From NCBI GenBank assembly GCA_002394385.1, contig DGTS01000011.1, positions 60,722 through 124,721 of the forward strand: a DNA stretch of 64,000 nt, read 5' to 3'. Source of the DNA: Prevotella sp. UBA4330. Lineage in GTDB: Bacteria; Bacteroidota; Bacteroidia; Bacteroidales; Bacteroidaceae. The notes beneath the pieces are model-generated. The model was given only the letters and a program-made list of their open reading frames with translations, ran no database searches and had not been told where the DNA came from. Both the position numbers and the translations under genes were made by a program. Below, in pieces: positions 27,842-37,085 of this stretch (position 1 is its first letter; each line of letters opens with the position of its first letter).

Positions 27842-29080
27842 ATGAACTATACAAACCTTCTAAAGATAGCCCTTGTGGCGATTGCGGCAAACAAGATGCG
27901 ATCGTTCCTCACGGCGCTAGGAATTATCATCGGCATAGCGTCGGTGATAACGATGCTTGCCATCGGACAAGGCACCAAGCAGAGCATCCAGGCGAACATC
28001 TCGGAGATGGGTTCCAACATGATAATGATCAGCCCCGGTGCCGACATGCGTGGCGGAGTGAGACAGGACGCATCGTCGATGGAGACGCTGAAACTCACCG
28101 ACTACCAAGCCATCAAGGACGAGTGCTCATACGTCAAGGCCGTAAGCCCGCTGGTGAACAAGAGCGGGCAATGGATTTATGGAAATAACAACACCCCATC
28201 GACACTCTACGGCATCAATCAAGACTACCTTGAAATAAGGCAAATATCAGTGAGCGACGGCGAGATGTTCACCGATGCCGACGTCAAGTCGAGCGCAAAG
28301 GTTTGCATACTCGGACAGACGGTAGTTGACAATCTCTTCCCCGACGGCAGCGACCCGGTGGGAAAGGTGGTGCGATTCAACAGCATACCATTCAGAGTAA
28401 TCGGTGTGCTGAAGAAGAAAGGCTACAACTCAATGGGCATGGACCAGGACGACCTCGTGCTTGCGCCATACACCACGGTGATGAAGCGAATACTCGCACA
28501 AACCTACCTCGGCAGCATACAATGTTCGGCAATAACCGAGGGTGTCACCGACAAGGCAACTGAACAGATAACCACAATACTCCGGCGCAACCACAAACTG
28601 AAAGACGCTACGGAGAACAGCGAGGCCGCCGACGACGACTTCAACATACGCTCGCAAGAGGAACTGGCGTCAATGATGAACTCAACCACCAACATGCTCA
28701 CCATACTGCTCGGCTGCGTGGCAGGCATTTCGCTCATCGTGGGCGGTATCGGCATTATGAACATCATGTACGTCAGCGTTACAGAGCGCACTCGCGAGAT
28801 AGGACTGCGCATGAGTGTAGGTGCCAGAGGCATAGACATCCTAAACCAGTTCCTGATAGAAGCAATACTGCTGAGCGTGACAGGAGGCATCATCGGCGTG
28901 CTGTTGGGAGTAGGCGCCTCATACGCCATAAACATACTTGCCAAGTGGCCCATATCCATCGAACTGTGGACCATCGTCATGTCCTTTGCCGTCTGCACAT
29001 TCACAGGAGTGTTCTTCGGCTGGTATCCCGCAAAGAAAGCAGCGCAACTCGACCCGATAGAAGCCATCAGATATGAATGA
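27842..29080 (+). CDS. ABC transporter permease (MacB/FtsX-type)
   Basis: RSFLTALGIIIG, large periplasmic domain, GGIGIMNIMYVSVTERTREIG, YPAKKAAQLDPIEAIRYE. Confidence 0.95.
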   Translation: MNYTNLLKIALVAIAANKMRSFLTALGIIIGIASVITMLAIGQGTKQSIQANISEMGSNMIMISPGADMRGGVRQDASSMETLKLTDYQAIKDECSYVKAVSPLVNKSGQWIYGNNNTPSTLYGINQDYLEIRQISVSDGEMFTDADVKSSAKVCILGQTVVDNLFPDGSDPVGKVVRFNSIPFRVIGVLKKKGYNSMGMDQDDLVLAPYTTVMKRILAQTYLGSIQCSAITEGVTDKATEQITTILRRNHKLKDATENSEAADDDFNIRSQEELASMMNSTTNMLTILLGCVAGISLIVGGIGIMNIMYVSVTERTREIGLRMSVGARGIDILNQFLIEAILLSVTGGIIGVLLGVGASYAINILAKWPISIELWTIVMSFAVCTFTGVFFGWYPAKKAAQLDPIEAIRYE

Positions 29081-29098
29081 CCTTAAAATAAACAGAGT

Positions 29099-30151
29099 AT
29101 GATTTCAAAAGACAGAAGACTTGCGTCAATACTGCACATAATGTTCTGGGCAGTATTCTTCATGCAGTACATCTTCCTGGTGCCAAAAGGCGAGAGCCTG
29201 CTTGACATCAACGCTATGCTCCATCGTCTTTTGAGACCAATCTCAATGTTCATCATATTCTACATCAACTACCTCTGGTTAGCACCAAACTATTACCTGA
29301 ACAAGAAGTACAGGAGGTTCTTCATCATCAATACCACAATCATCATACTGGTATCATTGGCGATGCAGCACATTATGGAGCACCCCACGGCAAACGTCAC
29401 ACACCCTTCGCCACCTTTGCAGATACATCTTGTCTTTATCGTAAGGCACGCCATGGAGCAAATCATCTTTGCCGCCCTTGCAACAATGATACGGCTATCG
29501 CTGAAGTGGCAGAGCATACACGAAGTGGCACAAGAAATAGAAAAAGAAAAGACAGAGGCACAACTGCTCAGCCTACGCTCGCAGATACGACCCCACTTCT
29601 TGCTCAACACGCTCAACAACATATACGCTCTCATCGCCTTCGACCAGCCTAGGGCTCAACGTGCCGTGATGTCACTCAGCAGCATGCTGCGCCAAATGAT
29701 ATACGGAAACACCGAAAATGCCATCAGCATAAAGAAGGAAGTGGAGTTCATCGAGAACTACGTCAAGTTAATGAAGATAAGACTCCCCGACAACGTCAAG
29801 GTGGACATGGTGGCAGAGATACCAAAAAGGGGCGACAACATAATGATTGCACCGCTCATCATCATATCGCTTGTCGAGAATGCTTTCAAACACGGAGTGA
29901 GCCCCACCGAGCCCAGTTTCATCAGCATAAACATCAATGCAACAGCAGAAAGAATAGTATGTGACATCTGCAACAGCAATTTCCCAAAGAACGACAAAGA
30001 CCGAAGCGGACACGGCATTGGGCTGCAACTCGTGGAAAGCCGACTGCAACTATACTACAAGGGGAAACACACATGGGAGAAGAAAATAGAAAACAACATC
30101 TATAAATCTAAAATTATTATCTATGATACTGAACTGCGCAATAATCGATGA
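29099..30151 (+). CDS. LytS/YehU-type sensor histidine kinase
   Basis: TM region, LRSQIRPHFLLNTLNNIY, LVENAFKHG, GIGL. Confidence 0.92.
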   Translation: MISKDRRLASILHIMFWAVFFMQYIFLVPKGESLLDINAMLHRLLRPISMFIIFYINYLWLAPNYYLNKKYRRFFIINTTIIILVSLAMQHIMEHPTANVTHPSPPLQIHLVFIVRHAMEQIIFAALATMIRLSLKWQSIHEVAQEIEKEKTEAQLLSLRSQIRPHFLLNTLNNIYALIAFDQPRAQRAVMSLSSMLRQMIYGNTENAISIKKEVEFIENYVKLMKIRLPDNVKVDMVAEIPKRGDNIMIAPLIIISLVENAFKHGVSPTEPSFISININATAERIVCDICNSNFPKNDKDRSGHGIGLQLVESRLQLYYKGKHTWEKKIENNIYKSKIIIYDTELRNNR

Positions 30152-30836
30152 CGAGCCCCTGGCTGCCGAACTGCTGGCAAGTTATGCCGACAAGACACCG
30201 TCGCTGAACCTGATTGGTTGCTACAACAGTGCTGTGTCTGCAATAAAGGACATCCGCGAGAAGTCCATTGACATCCTCTTCCTTGACATCCAGATGCCCG
30301 AACTCAGCGGTCTGGAATTTGCTAAACTAATACCCAAGCAAACAAAAATCATCTTCACAACAGCATTCGACCAGTATGCCATAGAGGGATACAAGGTAAA
30401 TGCACTCGACTACCTGCTCAAGCCCATCAGTTACGAGAACTTCCTCATGAGCGTTCAGCGCGCAGAGGCATGGTTCGAAAACTCATATAAACAAGACACT
30501 TTCAAACGAGACAAGTTCATATACGTTAAAAGCGAGTACAAGCACGTGCAAGTCCCGCTCGACGACGTGACCTATATCGAAGGGCTGAAAGACTACGTCA
30601 AGTTCTATTTCGCCGACGACACAAAGCCCGTAATGTCGCTGATGAGCATGAAAAACCTCGAGGAATTCCTGCCAAGACCCGACTTCATGCGCATACACCG
30701 CTCGTTCATCGTGCACATGTCAAAAGCGAAACTCATCGACCGCATGCGCATCGTCTTCGGCGACATCTATCTACCCGTCTCCGACAGTTACAAAGACGAC
30801 GTGGCAAACTACATCAACGAACACACAATAGGTTAA
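30123..30836 (+). CDS. LytTR family response regulator
   Basis: Receiver motifs IDDEP, FLDIQMP, FTTA, YLLKP, followed by a LytTR domain (YIEGLKDYV, FMRIHRSFIV). Confidence 0.95.
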   Translation: MILNCAIIDDEPLAAELLASYADKTPSLNLIGCYNSAVSAIKDIREKSIDILFLDIQMPELSGLEFAKLIPKQTKIIFTTAFDQYAIEGYKVNALDYLLKPISYENFLMSVQRAEAWFENSYKQDTFKRDKFIYVKSEYKHVQVPLDDVTYIEGLKDYVKFYFADDTKPVMSLMSMKNLEEFLPRPDFMRIHRSFIVHMSKAKLIDRMRIVFGDIYLPVSDSYKDDVANYINEHTIG

Positions 30837-30840
30837 TAAC

Positions 30841-30870
30841 AGGAGGGCACTGAAAATGAAGTGCCCTCCT
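30841..30870. terminator. Intrinsic terminator
   Basis: Hairpin AGGAGGGCACT-GAAAATGA-AGTGCCCTCCT. Confidence 0.75.
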
Positions 30871-30933
30871 TACTTTTACCTCCTCAGAATGCCACTGCAT
30901 ATCTTTCGGCATGCAACTAATATCAAACGGGCT

Positions 30934-30977
30934 AACAATGTTATTAACTTTGTCGAACAAAGTTATTAACTTTGTTA
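30934..30977. repeat. Two tandem 22-bp palindromic units (same family as 11915)
   Basis: AACAATGTTATTAACTTTGTCG and AACAAAGTTATTAACTTTGTTA. Confidence 0.9.
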
Positions 30978-31094
30978 GCCCACTTGCATCTGTCTGATAT
31001 CCAATAAGATACAAAACGGCACCTGTGCCATATTTGACAACATGGCAAGAAAACCTATCTGAAAGATAAAAAGGATTGAGGTTCTACTGCAAAA

Positions 31095-31982
31095 CTACTT
31101 CATATATTGCTTTATCTCGGAGAACGGAATGCAGAGGTCCACCACTCCATCCACGCCGGCGGCAACCTCATACTTGTCATAGACGAAGTGTGCCTCTTCG
31201 TTCTTGAAGTCAACATAGAAGTTGTCGTTATGCACTGGCGGGAAATCGGCATCTATCAGCGTGCGGTAGTCGTCAAGATTTGTCGCCTTTGTCTTCAGCA
31301 GTTTCGCGATAGGTCCTTCTGAACCGGCAGCAAAGATGTCGTTATATAAGAGGCGACGGTCTGAGCGCAGGTCGTACATGAAATATTCGACAGTGAATAA
31401 AACTCCGGCGCCTAAACCTGAACCCATGTCATACATTATTTTTTTAGAGTAAGTGGCATAGCCATCTTCGGTAAGCGACACTTCCGAAAGTTCGTAATTC
31501 ATCGACTGAGGGTATGGATTGTATTCCTCGCCTTCGATGTATCGCGCGTCAGACTCTCCCATCTTGTCCACTTTCTTCCATTCGCCATCACCTTCAAACT
31601 CTTTGTTGAGGTAGTTCAAGAAAGAGTCGATGTCTTCATATTTGTCACCCACAAAGAAGTGCAGCAGTTCTTTCTGGAACTTCTTTATGTTGCAATTCTC
31701 AGCACTCACGGGCCATTGCACATGCCAAGTCTGGTCGGCATAGAGCGCCCGCTGGATGTTTGCTTTGAAGAAACTCTCGCCTTCATAGGTGCGACTCGTC
31801 AGGATGATGGGACCTTTTGCCTGCTCTGTTTCCGCAACCTCATCGGTTTGCTCGGTCTCTACTTCGCTTGTCTTTGCAGTAAGGTTGTCTATCTTCTGCA
31901 ACACTCTCTTGCATGAGCACATGGGCAATGTAACGCCAATACTCATCAGTAAAAGGAATAGATAAGTCTTTAGATTTTTCAT
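31095..31982 (-). CDS. Lipoprotein with a C-terminal DUF3298/RsiV-like domain
   Basis: Lipobox MCSC. The C-terminus NFYV...FVYDKYEVAAGVDGVVDLCIPF resembles DUF3298. Confidence 0.6.
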   Translation of the reverse strand: MKNLKTYLFLLLMSIGVTLPMCSCKRVLQKIDNLTAKTSEVETEQTDEVAETEQAKGPIILTSRTYEGESFFKANIQRALYADQTWHVQWPVSAENCNIKKFQKELLHFFVGDKYEDIDSFLNYLNKEFEGDGEWKKVDKMGESDARYIEGEEYNPYPQSMNYELSEVSLTEDGYATYSKKIMYDMGSGLGAGVLFTVEYFMYDLRSDRRLLYNDIFAAGSEGPIAKLLKTKATNLDDYRTLIDADFPPVHNDNFYVDFKNEEAHFVYDKYEVAAGVDGVVDLCIPFSEIKQYMK

Positions 31983-32039
31983 GTTATGTTTGTTTTACAA
32001 GATTAAGAGTTTAGAAGTGTGGAACTTTTCACTCGACAC

Positions 32040-32750
32040 TTATTCGTAATCGTCGATGACGGCATTGACAAAATCCATCATCGGCTTTGCCACCTGAAAC
32101 ACCTTTGCCATCTCGTCGAGCCATCGGTCACCGTCGAAGAAGGTGTCGGGCACATGTTTCCAGCAGCAATAATCTTTCCGTTTCAGATATTCCACATGTT
32201 CATAGTCGCGCGGGAATCCCTTAGGGGCAGTGGTGAGCACCGACAGGCCAAAGCCCTTGGGCGCGGCTCCCTCGTCACTCCACTCTCCGCAGCCTGGTTT
32301 TCCGAAGAAGTTGATGAACTTTCTGCTTTCAACAATACCGAGCCAGCGGTCGATGTCGGACATTATCTCGTTGCGACATGCCGTGAGGATATTAGTGGGC
32401 AACCAGTAATTGCCACAAGCAAGGAGACAGTTGCCTGGTTCCAGATGGATGTAATAGCCTCCGCGCAACGCCTTCTTGCCATGAGCATTGATATATGCGC
32501 CCAGATGTCGCTTGTAAGGCGACTTGTCTGGCGAGAAACGGGTGTCGCGGTAGAAACGATAGACAGCATCCTTCACCGTTACATGGGCGATGGAAAAGTC
32601 GAACTCTGCGATGCGGGCAATAGCCATAGAGATGCCTTCCTCGAAGTCCGCCCTTACGGCATCATACTCTGGACGATGCTCCTGAAACCACGGGCGGTTG
32701 TTGTTCGCCGCCACATCTTTTAGAAACTGTATTATTCTTTGTGAGTGCAT
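32040..32750 (-). CDS. DUF2461 (TIGR02453-like) protein
   Basis: FLKDVAANNNRPWF, YRFYRDTRFSPDKSPYK, GYYIHLEPG, PKGFPRD. Confidence 0.88.
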   Translation of the reverse strand: MHSQRIIQFLKDVAANNNRPWFQEHRPEYDAVRADFEEGISMAIARIAEFDFSIAHVTVKDAVYRFYRDTRFSPDKSPYKRHLGAYINAHGKKALRGGYYIHLEPGNCLLACGNYWLPTNILTACRNEIMSDIDRWLGIVESRKFINFFGKPGCGEWSDEGAAPKGFGLSVLTTAPKGFPRDYEHVEYLKRKDYCCWKHVPDTFFDGDRWLDEMAKVFQVAKPMMDFVNAVIDDYE

Positions 32751-32867
32751 GAGGGGGAGTTAGGAGTTAGGAGTTCTTTGTCGCATCGCTTTGGACTCAG
32801 CATTGCGCCGGAGTACCCTCAGAGCACATGAAAAGCGTCACTTCGGGTCGAGCGAGGCGTTGGGAGT

Positions 32868-33506
32868 TTATTCAAAGCCCACTTTAGGACAGAACTTTTC
32901 AAACGGACATTCACCGCATTTGGGTTTCCTGCTCTGACATATATACCTGCCATGTAGCAGAATCCAGTGATGGGCATCTGCCTGCATATCAGAAGGAATG
33001 TATTTCTTGAGAGTCAACTCCACTTTCAATGGAGTGTTTGCAGTCTTTGGCACAAGACCTAAACGATGGCTCACACGGAACACATGGGTATCAACGGCAA
33101 TGGCAGAGCGACCGAATCCCACCGCCTGAACGACATTGGCTGTCTTGCGCCCAACTCCAGGAAGTTTCACAAGGTCGGACATTTCGGAAGGCACCTCGCC
33201 GCCAAAGTCACAGACAAGCATGCGCGACAGTTCTACAAGGTGTTGAGCCTTTGAGTTAGGATAACTGACGCTCTTTATAAGTTCGAGCACATCCTCAATT
33301 TCCGCCTGTGCCATTGTCTTGGCATCAGGATAATGTAAGAAGAGTTCGGGAGTAACCTGATTGATGCGTTTGTCCGTGCACTGGGCACTGAGCACCGTTG
33401 CCACAAGCAACTGGAACACGCTTCCGAACTCCAGTTCTGTAGAAACGTGGGGCATCTTCTTGGAATAATGGTCAAGAAGAATGTTATAACGCTCTGCCCG
33501 AGTCAT
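32868..33506 (-). CDS. nth: Endonuclease III
   Basis: LSAQCTD, HhH motif LPGVGRKTANVV, AVDTHV, and the 4Fe-4S motif CQSRKPKCGECPFEKFC. The start is set at MTRAERY. Confidence 0.96.
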   Translation of the reverse strand: MTRAERYNILLDHYSKKMPHVSTELEFGSVFQLLVATVLSAQCTDKRINQVTPELFLHYPDAKTMAQAEIEDVLELIKSVSYPNSKAQHLVELSRMLVCDFGGEVPSEMSDLVKLPGVGRKTANVVQAVGFGRSAIAVDTHVFRVSHRLGLVPKTANTPLKVELTLKKYIPSDMQADAHHWILLHGRYICQSRKPKCGECPFEKFCPKVGFE

Positions 33507-33509
33507 GTT

Positions 33510-33710
33510 TTTTAGTTGATGAGTAAACGAGAGACAAGTTGACAAGTAAACAAGTTGACAAGTTGACAAGTAAACAAGTTGACGAGAAAACGAATTGACG
33601 AGTAAACAAGCGAATTGCACAAGGTCTTGAAATCAAGCAACCTGTCAACTCGTCCGCTCGACCCTTGGTCGCTTTGCTCGCAAAGAACTTGTTTACTCGT
33701 CAACTACAAT
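33510..33710. repeat. Inverted array of 8-nt AGTTGACA/AGTAAACA repeats
   Basis: Many tandem units at 33510-33610, with complementary units at 33640-33705. Confidence 0.8.
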
Positions 33711-33712
33711 TA

Positions 33713-34315
33713 TTACTTCTTCTCTTCTGCCTTTGCTGGCTCTGCGGCCTTTGCTGGCTTGTATGCCTTGTTAAGACCGGCAACGACCTCCTTAGTGATA
33801 TCGAGAGACTTGTCACTATAAAGTACGTTGTCGCCTGCCTTACTGAGAATCATTGAGTACTTCTTGTCCTTGTTATACTGGGCGAGGAAGTGCTGGATGC
33901 TGTCACGAAGAGCCTTGCTGTACTTTTCAGACTCTGCCTGAAGTTCGGCAGCCAGACGCTGCTGCAACTGCTGGAGGTCAGCCTGCTGCTTCTGAAGGTT
34001 TGCATTCACCGTCTGTGCCTGCTGCTGGGTGTATTTGTTGTTCTGCAGGTTCTGCTGGAACTGCGCTGCCTGGTTCTGCAGAGCCTGTCCCTTCTGGTTC
34101 AGAGTGTTGTCTGCGTTCTTTGTTTTCTTCTCGAACTCAGCCTTGAAATCGGTGCAGAACTTGTAGGTGGAATCGAGTTCCTCGATATCAACATACGCAA
34201 TCTTAAGTTCAGAACTCTGAGGAGCGTCCGACTTCTGGCCGGCAGTGTTGCCCCCGTTGTTGCATGATGTCATGACAAGTACTGCTGCCATGGCAAGGAA
34301 AAATGTTTTCTTCAT
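33713..34315 (-). CDS. ompH: OmpH/Skp family periplasmic chaperone (lipoprotein)
   Basis: Lipobox TSC, KIAYVDI, Gln-rich coiled coil, LYSDKSLDITKEVVAGLN. Confidence 0.88.
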   Translation of the reverse strand: MKKTFFLAMAAVLVMTSCNNGGNTAGQKSDAPQSSELKIAYVDIEELDSTYKFCTDFKAEFEKKTKNADNTLNQKGQALQNQAAQFQQNLQNNKYTQQQAQTVNANLQKQQADLQQLQQRLAAELQAESEKYSKALRDSIQHFLAQYNKDKKYSMILSKAGDNVLYSDKSLDITKEVVAGLNKAYKPAKAAEPAKAEEKK

Positions 34316-34321
34316 TGTGAT

Positions 34322-34543
34322 TTAATTGTTTATTTTGTTTTTTATTTCTTCTGCCTTATCTGCATTCTGGCGTGCTTCACGGTCCTGGTCGATAACACAA
34401 TGTATGCCAAGTTTTCGCATCGCAGCACTATCATGAATGTGCTGTGATGTGAACTCCCCTTTCTTCTTGAAAAGCACCTTAACACTTAATAATGCTAAAC
34501 AAATAGCAATTATTAACACTGTTAATATTATTGTTTCAACCAT
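34322..34543 (-). CDS. Small single-TM conserved hypothetical protein (73 aa)
   Basis: MVETIILTVLIIAICLALLSVKV...FTSQHIHDSAAMRKLGIHC. A minus-strand TATCTTTG promoter element lies near 34590. Confidence 0.65.
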   Translation of the reverse strand: MVETIILTVLIIAICLALLSVKVLFKKKGEFTSQHIHDSAAMRKLGIHCVIDQDREARQNADKAEEIKNKINN

Positions 34544-34635
34544 TTTTCGTAATTTTGCGCATGAAAGCACGCAATTCTGTTTGCGCTTGCAAAGATAATG
34601 ATTTTTTTTGTAAAACACACAAAATAGAATTAATA

Positions 34636-36084
34636 ATGAACAAAAGTGACTTAATCCCCGCTTGCGTATTCGAGCAATTCGCAAAAATCAATCAGATTCC
34701 CCGCCCCTCAAAGCACGAGGAAAAGATGATTGAGTATCTGAAGAAATTTGGTGAAGACCATGGTCTTGAAACGAAAGTTGACGAGACGGGTAACGTAATC
34801 ATTCGTAAAGGAGCCACGCCAGGATACGAAGACAAGAAGACCGTTATTCTGCAAAGCCACATGGACATGGTGTGTGAGAAACTTGTTGACATCGACTTCG
34901 ATTTCAACAAAGATGCCATACAGACATACATCGACGGCGAATGGCTAAGAGCCAAGGGCACCACACTGGGTGCTGACGACGGCATCGGCTGCGCTATAGA
35001 ACTGGCAATACTTGAGAGCAACGACATAGAGCACGGTCCTATAGAGTGCGTCTTCACACGCGACGAGGAGACAGGTCTCACTGGCGCCGAGGGAATGAAG
35101 CCGGGCTTCATGACTGGCGACATGCTCATAAACCTCGACTCTGAGGACGAGGGACAGATATTCGTGTCATGTGCTGGCGGAAGAAACACCACCGCAACAT
35201 TCCACTTCGAGAAGGAGGATGCTCCCGAAGGCCTCTTCTTCATGAAGGCTTCGCTGAAAGGGCTCATCGGAGGCCACTCTGGTGACGACATCAACAAGAA
35301 ACGCGCCAATGCGCTGAAGACTCTCGCCCGCTTCCTTTACAAGGTGCAGGAGAAATACGGACTGCGCCTGGCAAGTTATAATGCAGGAAAACTGCACAAC
35401 GCCATCCCACGCGACGGCGTGGCAATCTTCGGCGTTGACAAAGAAGTTAAAGAGAACGTGAAGGCCGACTGGAATGTATTTGCATGCGAGGTGCAGGAAG
35501 AGTATCATGTAACCGAGAAGTCAATGCAGTTCAACCTTGAGAGTTGCGAAAGCGAGAAGGTGCTCCCGCTGGAAGTGTCAACGAAGTTGATTCAGGCACT
35601 CCAGGCTGTTGACAACGGCGTGTTCGCCATGTGTCAGGACGAGGCTATCTCGTGGTTGGTAGAGACTTCAAACAACGTGGCAAGCATCGAGACCTTCGAC
35701 AACGAGATTAAGATTGTGGCATCGCAACGAAGCAACGTGATGAGCGCACTCGACAACCAGGCAGCCACTATCAAGGCTGTATTCCAACTCGCTGGCGCAG
35801 AGGTGGTTCAGGGCGACGGTTATCCAGCATGGAACATGAACCCCGACAGCAAACTGACTGCAATAGCAGTGGAGAAATACAAGGAACTCTTCGGCAAGGA
35901 GCCTAAGGTGCTGGGCATTCACGCTGGTCTAGAGTGCGGACTGTTCTCAGAGAAATATCCTAATCTCGACATGGTGTCCTTCGGTCCTACCCTTCGCGGA
36001 GTGCATTCACCCGATGAGTGCCTGCACATCCCGACAGTAAAGATGGTGTGGGATCATCTCCTCGCTATATTGAAGAGTATTTGA
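34636..36084 (+). CDS. pepD: Aminoacyl-histidine dipeptidase
   Basis: PRPSKHE, LQSHMDMV, TTLGADDGIG, DEETGLTGA, NLDSED, GGHSG, IHAGLECG, HSPDE. The start is set at MNKSDL. Confidence 0.96.
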   Translation: MNKSDLIPACVFEQFAKINQIPRPSKHEEKMIEYLKKFGEDHGLETKVDETGNVIIRKGATPGYEDKKTVILQSHMDMVCEKLVDIDFDFNKDAIQTYIDGEWLRAKGTTLGADDGIGCAIELAILESNDIEHGPIECVFTRDEETGLTGAEGMKPGFMTGDMLINLDSEDEGQIFVSCAGGRNTTATFHFEKEDAPEGLFFMKASLKGLIGGHSGDDINKKRANALKTLARFLYKVQEKYGLRLASYNAGKLHNAIPRDGVAIFGVDKEVKENVKADWNVFACEVQEEYHVTEKSMQFNLESCESEKVLPLEVSTKLIQALQAVDNGVFAMCQDEAISWLVETSNNVASIETFDNEIKIVASQRSNVMSALDNQAATIKAVFQLAGAEVVQGDGYPAWNMNPDSKLTAIAVEKYKELFGKEPKVLGIHAGLECGLFSEKYPNLDMVSFGPTLRGVHSPDECLHIPTVKMVWDHLLAILKSI

Positions 36085-36153
36085 TTAGTTGACAAGTAAA
36101 CGAGTTGACGAGTTGACAAGTTGACGAGTTGACAAGTTGACGAGTTGACAAGT
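36085..36153. repeat. Tandem 8-nt AGTTGACR repeats directly after the pepD stop
   Basis: AGTTGACA AGTAAACG AGTTGACG AGTTGACA AGTTGACG AGTTGACA AGTTGACG AGTTGACA. Confidence 0.85.
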
Positions 36154-36165
36154 ATAAAAGAAAAT

Positions 36166-36200
36166 GCCCCGGTTTATGGTATCACTACGTAAACCGGGGC
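36166..36200. terminator. Bidirectional terminator between pepD and the ECF sigma gene
   Basis: GCCCCGGTTTA...TAAACCGGGGC hairpin with a T-rich tail on the minus strand. Confidence 0.75.
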
Positions 36201-36362
36201 AAAACCTTTAAAAAACTACCTATTGAATATAATTTGTTGTGTTATGGACAGCACTTGCCCATAATTGTCTTGTTTATCAATCTCCTTATGTATATCATAA
36301 TCCAATCCCTATATATAAATAATGTATAGGGAAGAATGGATAAAACATATAGGGAAAGTTAA

Positions 36363-36878
36363 TCAAGCAAGCATACGTGCAAGGTATCCGCGCACTTCCT
36401 TGCGCGCCTCTCCCAGTCGATGCTCTGTGCTCTTATAACCAATCTTCAATGTCATTGAAATCTCCGAAACCTTCATGCCGTCGATAACATTCATGCGATA
36501 GACCTCACGCTGGCGATCGCTAAGACGAGCAATGCCACGCTCAAGCAAACTGTTGAGTTCGGAGGCAGAGAACACACTGGCGGCATCCTGACGGTCAACC
36601 CTTTCTGTAACGGCCAGCACATGTTCGTACTCGTCAATCGACTTGTGATGACGCCAATTGTCGAAAATGAGATTTCTCATCATGGTATAGACAAGACAGG
36701 GCAGCGTCACCGGCGAAATCATCTTGTCGATGGTCAGAAGTCTGAGGAAGACATTATGCACAATGTCTTCTGCCTCATAAGCGAACTTCAGCCGTTTTGC
36801 CGCGAAAGCACACATTTCTTCACGGTGCGCGCTATAGTATTCGGCAATGTAACGATACGTGTTATCTTGTTTTTTCAT
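36363..36878 (-). CDS. ECF-type RNA polymerase sigma-70 factor
   Basis: Region 2 AEDIVHNVFLRL...RNLIFDNWRH and region 4 LSDRQREVYRM...SEISMTLKIGYKSTEHRL. The start is set at MKKQDN. Confidence 0.88.
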   Translation of the reverse strand: MKKQDNTYRYIAEYYSAHREEMCAFAAKRLKFAYEAEDIVHNVFLRLLTIDKMISPVTLPCLVYTMMRNLIFDNWRHHKSIDEYEHVLAVTERVDRQDAASVFSASELNSLLERGIARLSDRQREVYRMNVIDGMKVSEISMTLKIGYKSTEHRLGEARKEVRGYLARMLA

Positions 36879-37030
36879 GATTTCTGTTGCAAAGATAAGA
36901 AAAAAAACAATATGTATCGCCAAAATAGATATAAATAATTCTAAATGAAACAAAATAAATAGTATTTGCAACATGAAAGGAATTATCAGAACGTCGTTTT
37001 TACGTTACACAAATTCTATTTCCGACATGT

Positions 37031-37046
37031 TGGCACGACTTTTGCA
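37031..37046 (+). promoter_or_regulatory. Sigma54 (RpoN) -24/-12 promoter upstream of htpG
   Basis: TGGCACGACTTTTGCA, with GG-N10-GC spacing, 40 nt before the ATG. Confidence 0.75.
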
Positions 37047-37085
37047 AATGGAGGTAATAGGAATTTAATTTAAAACAAAAATATC

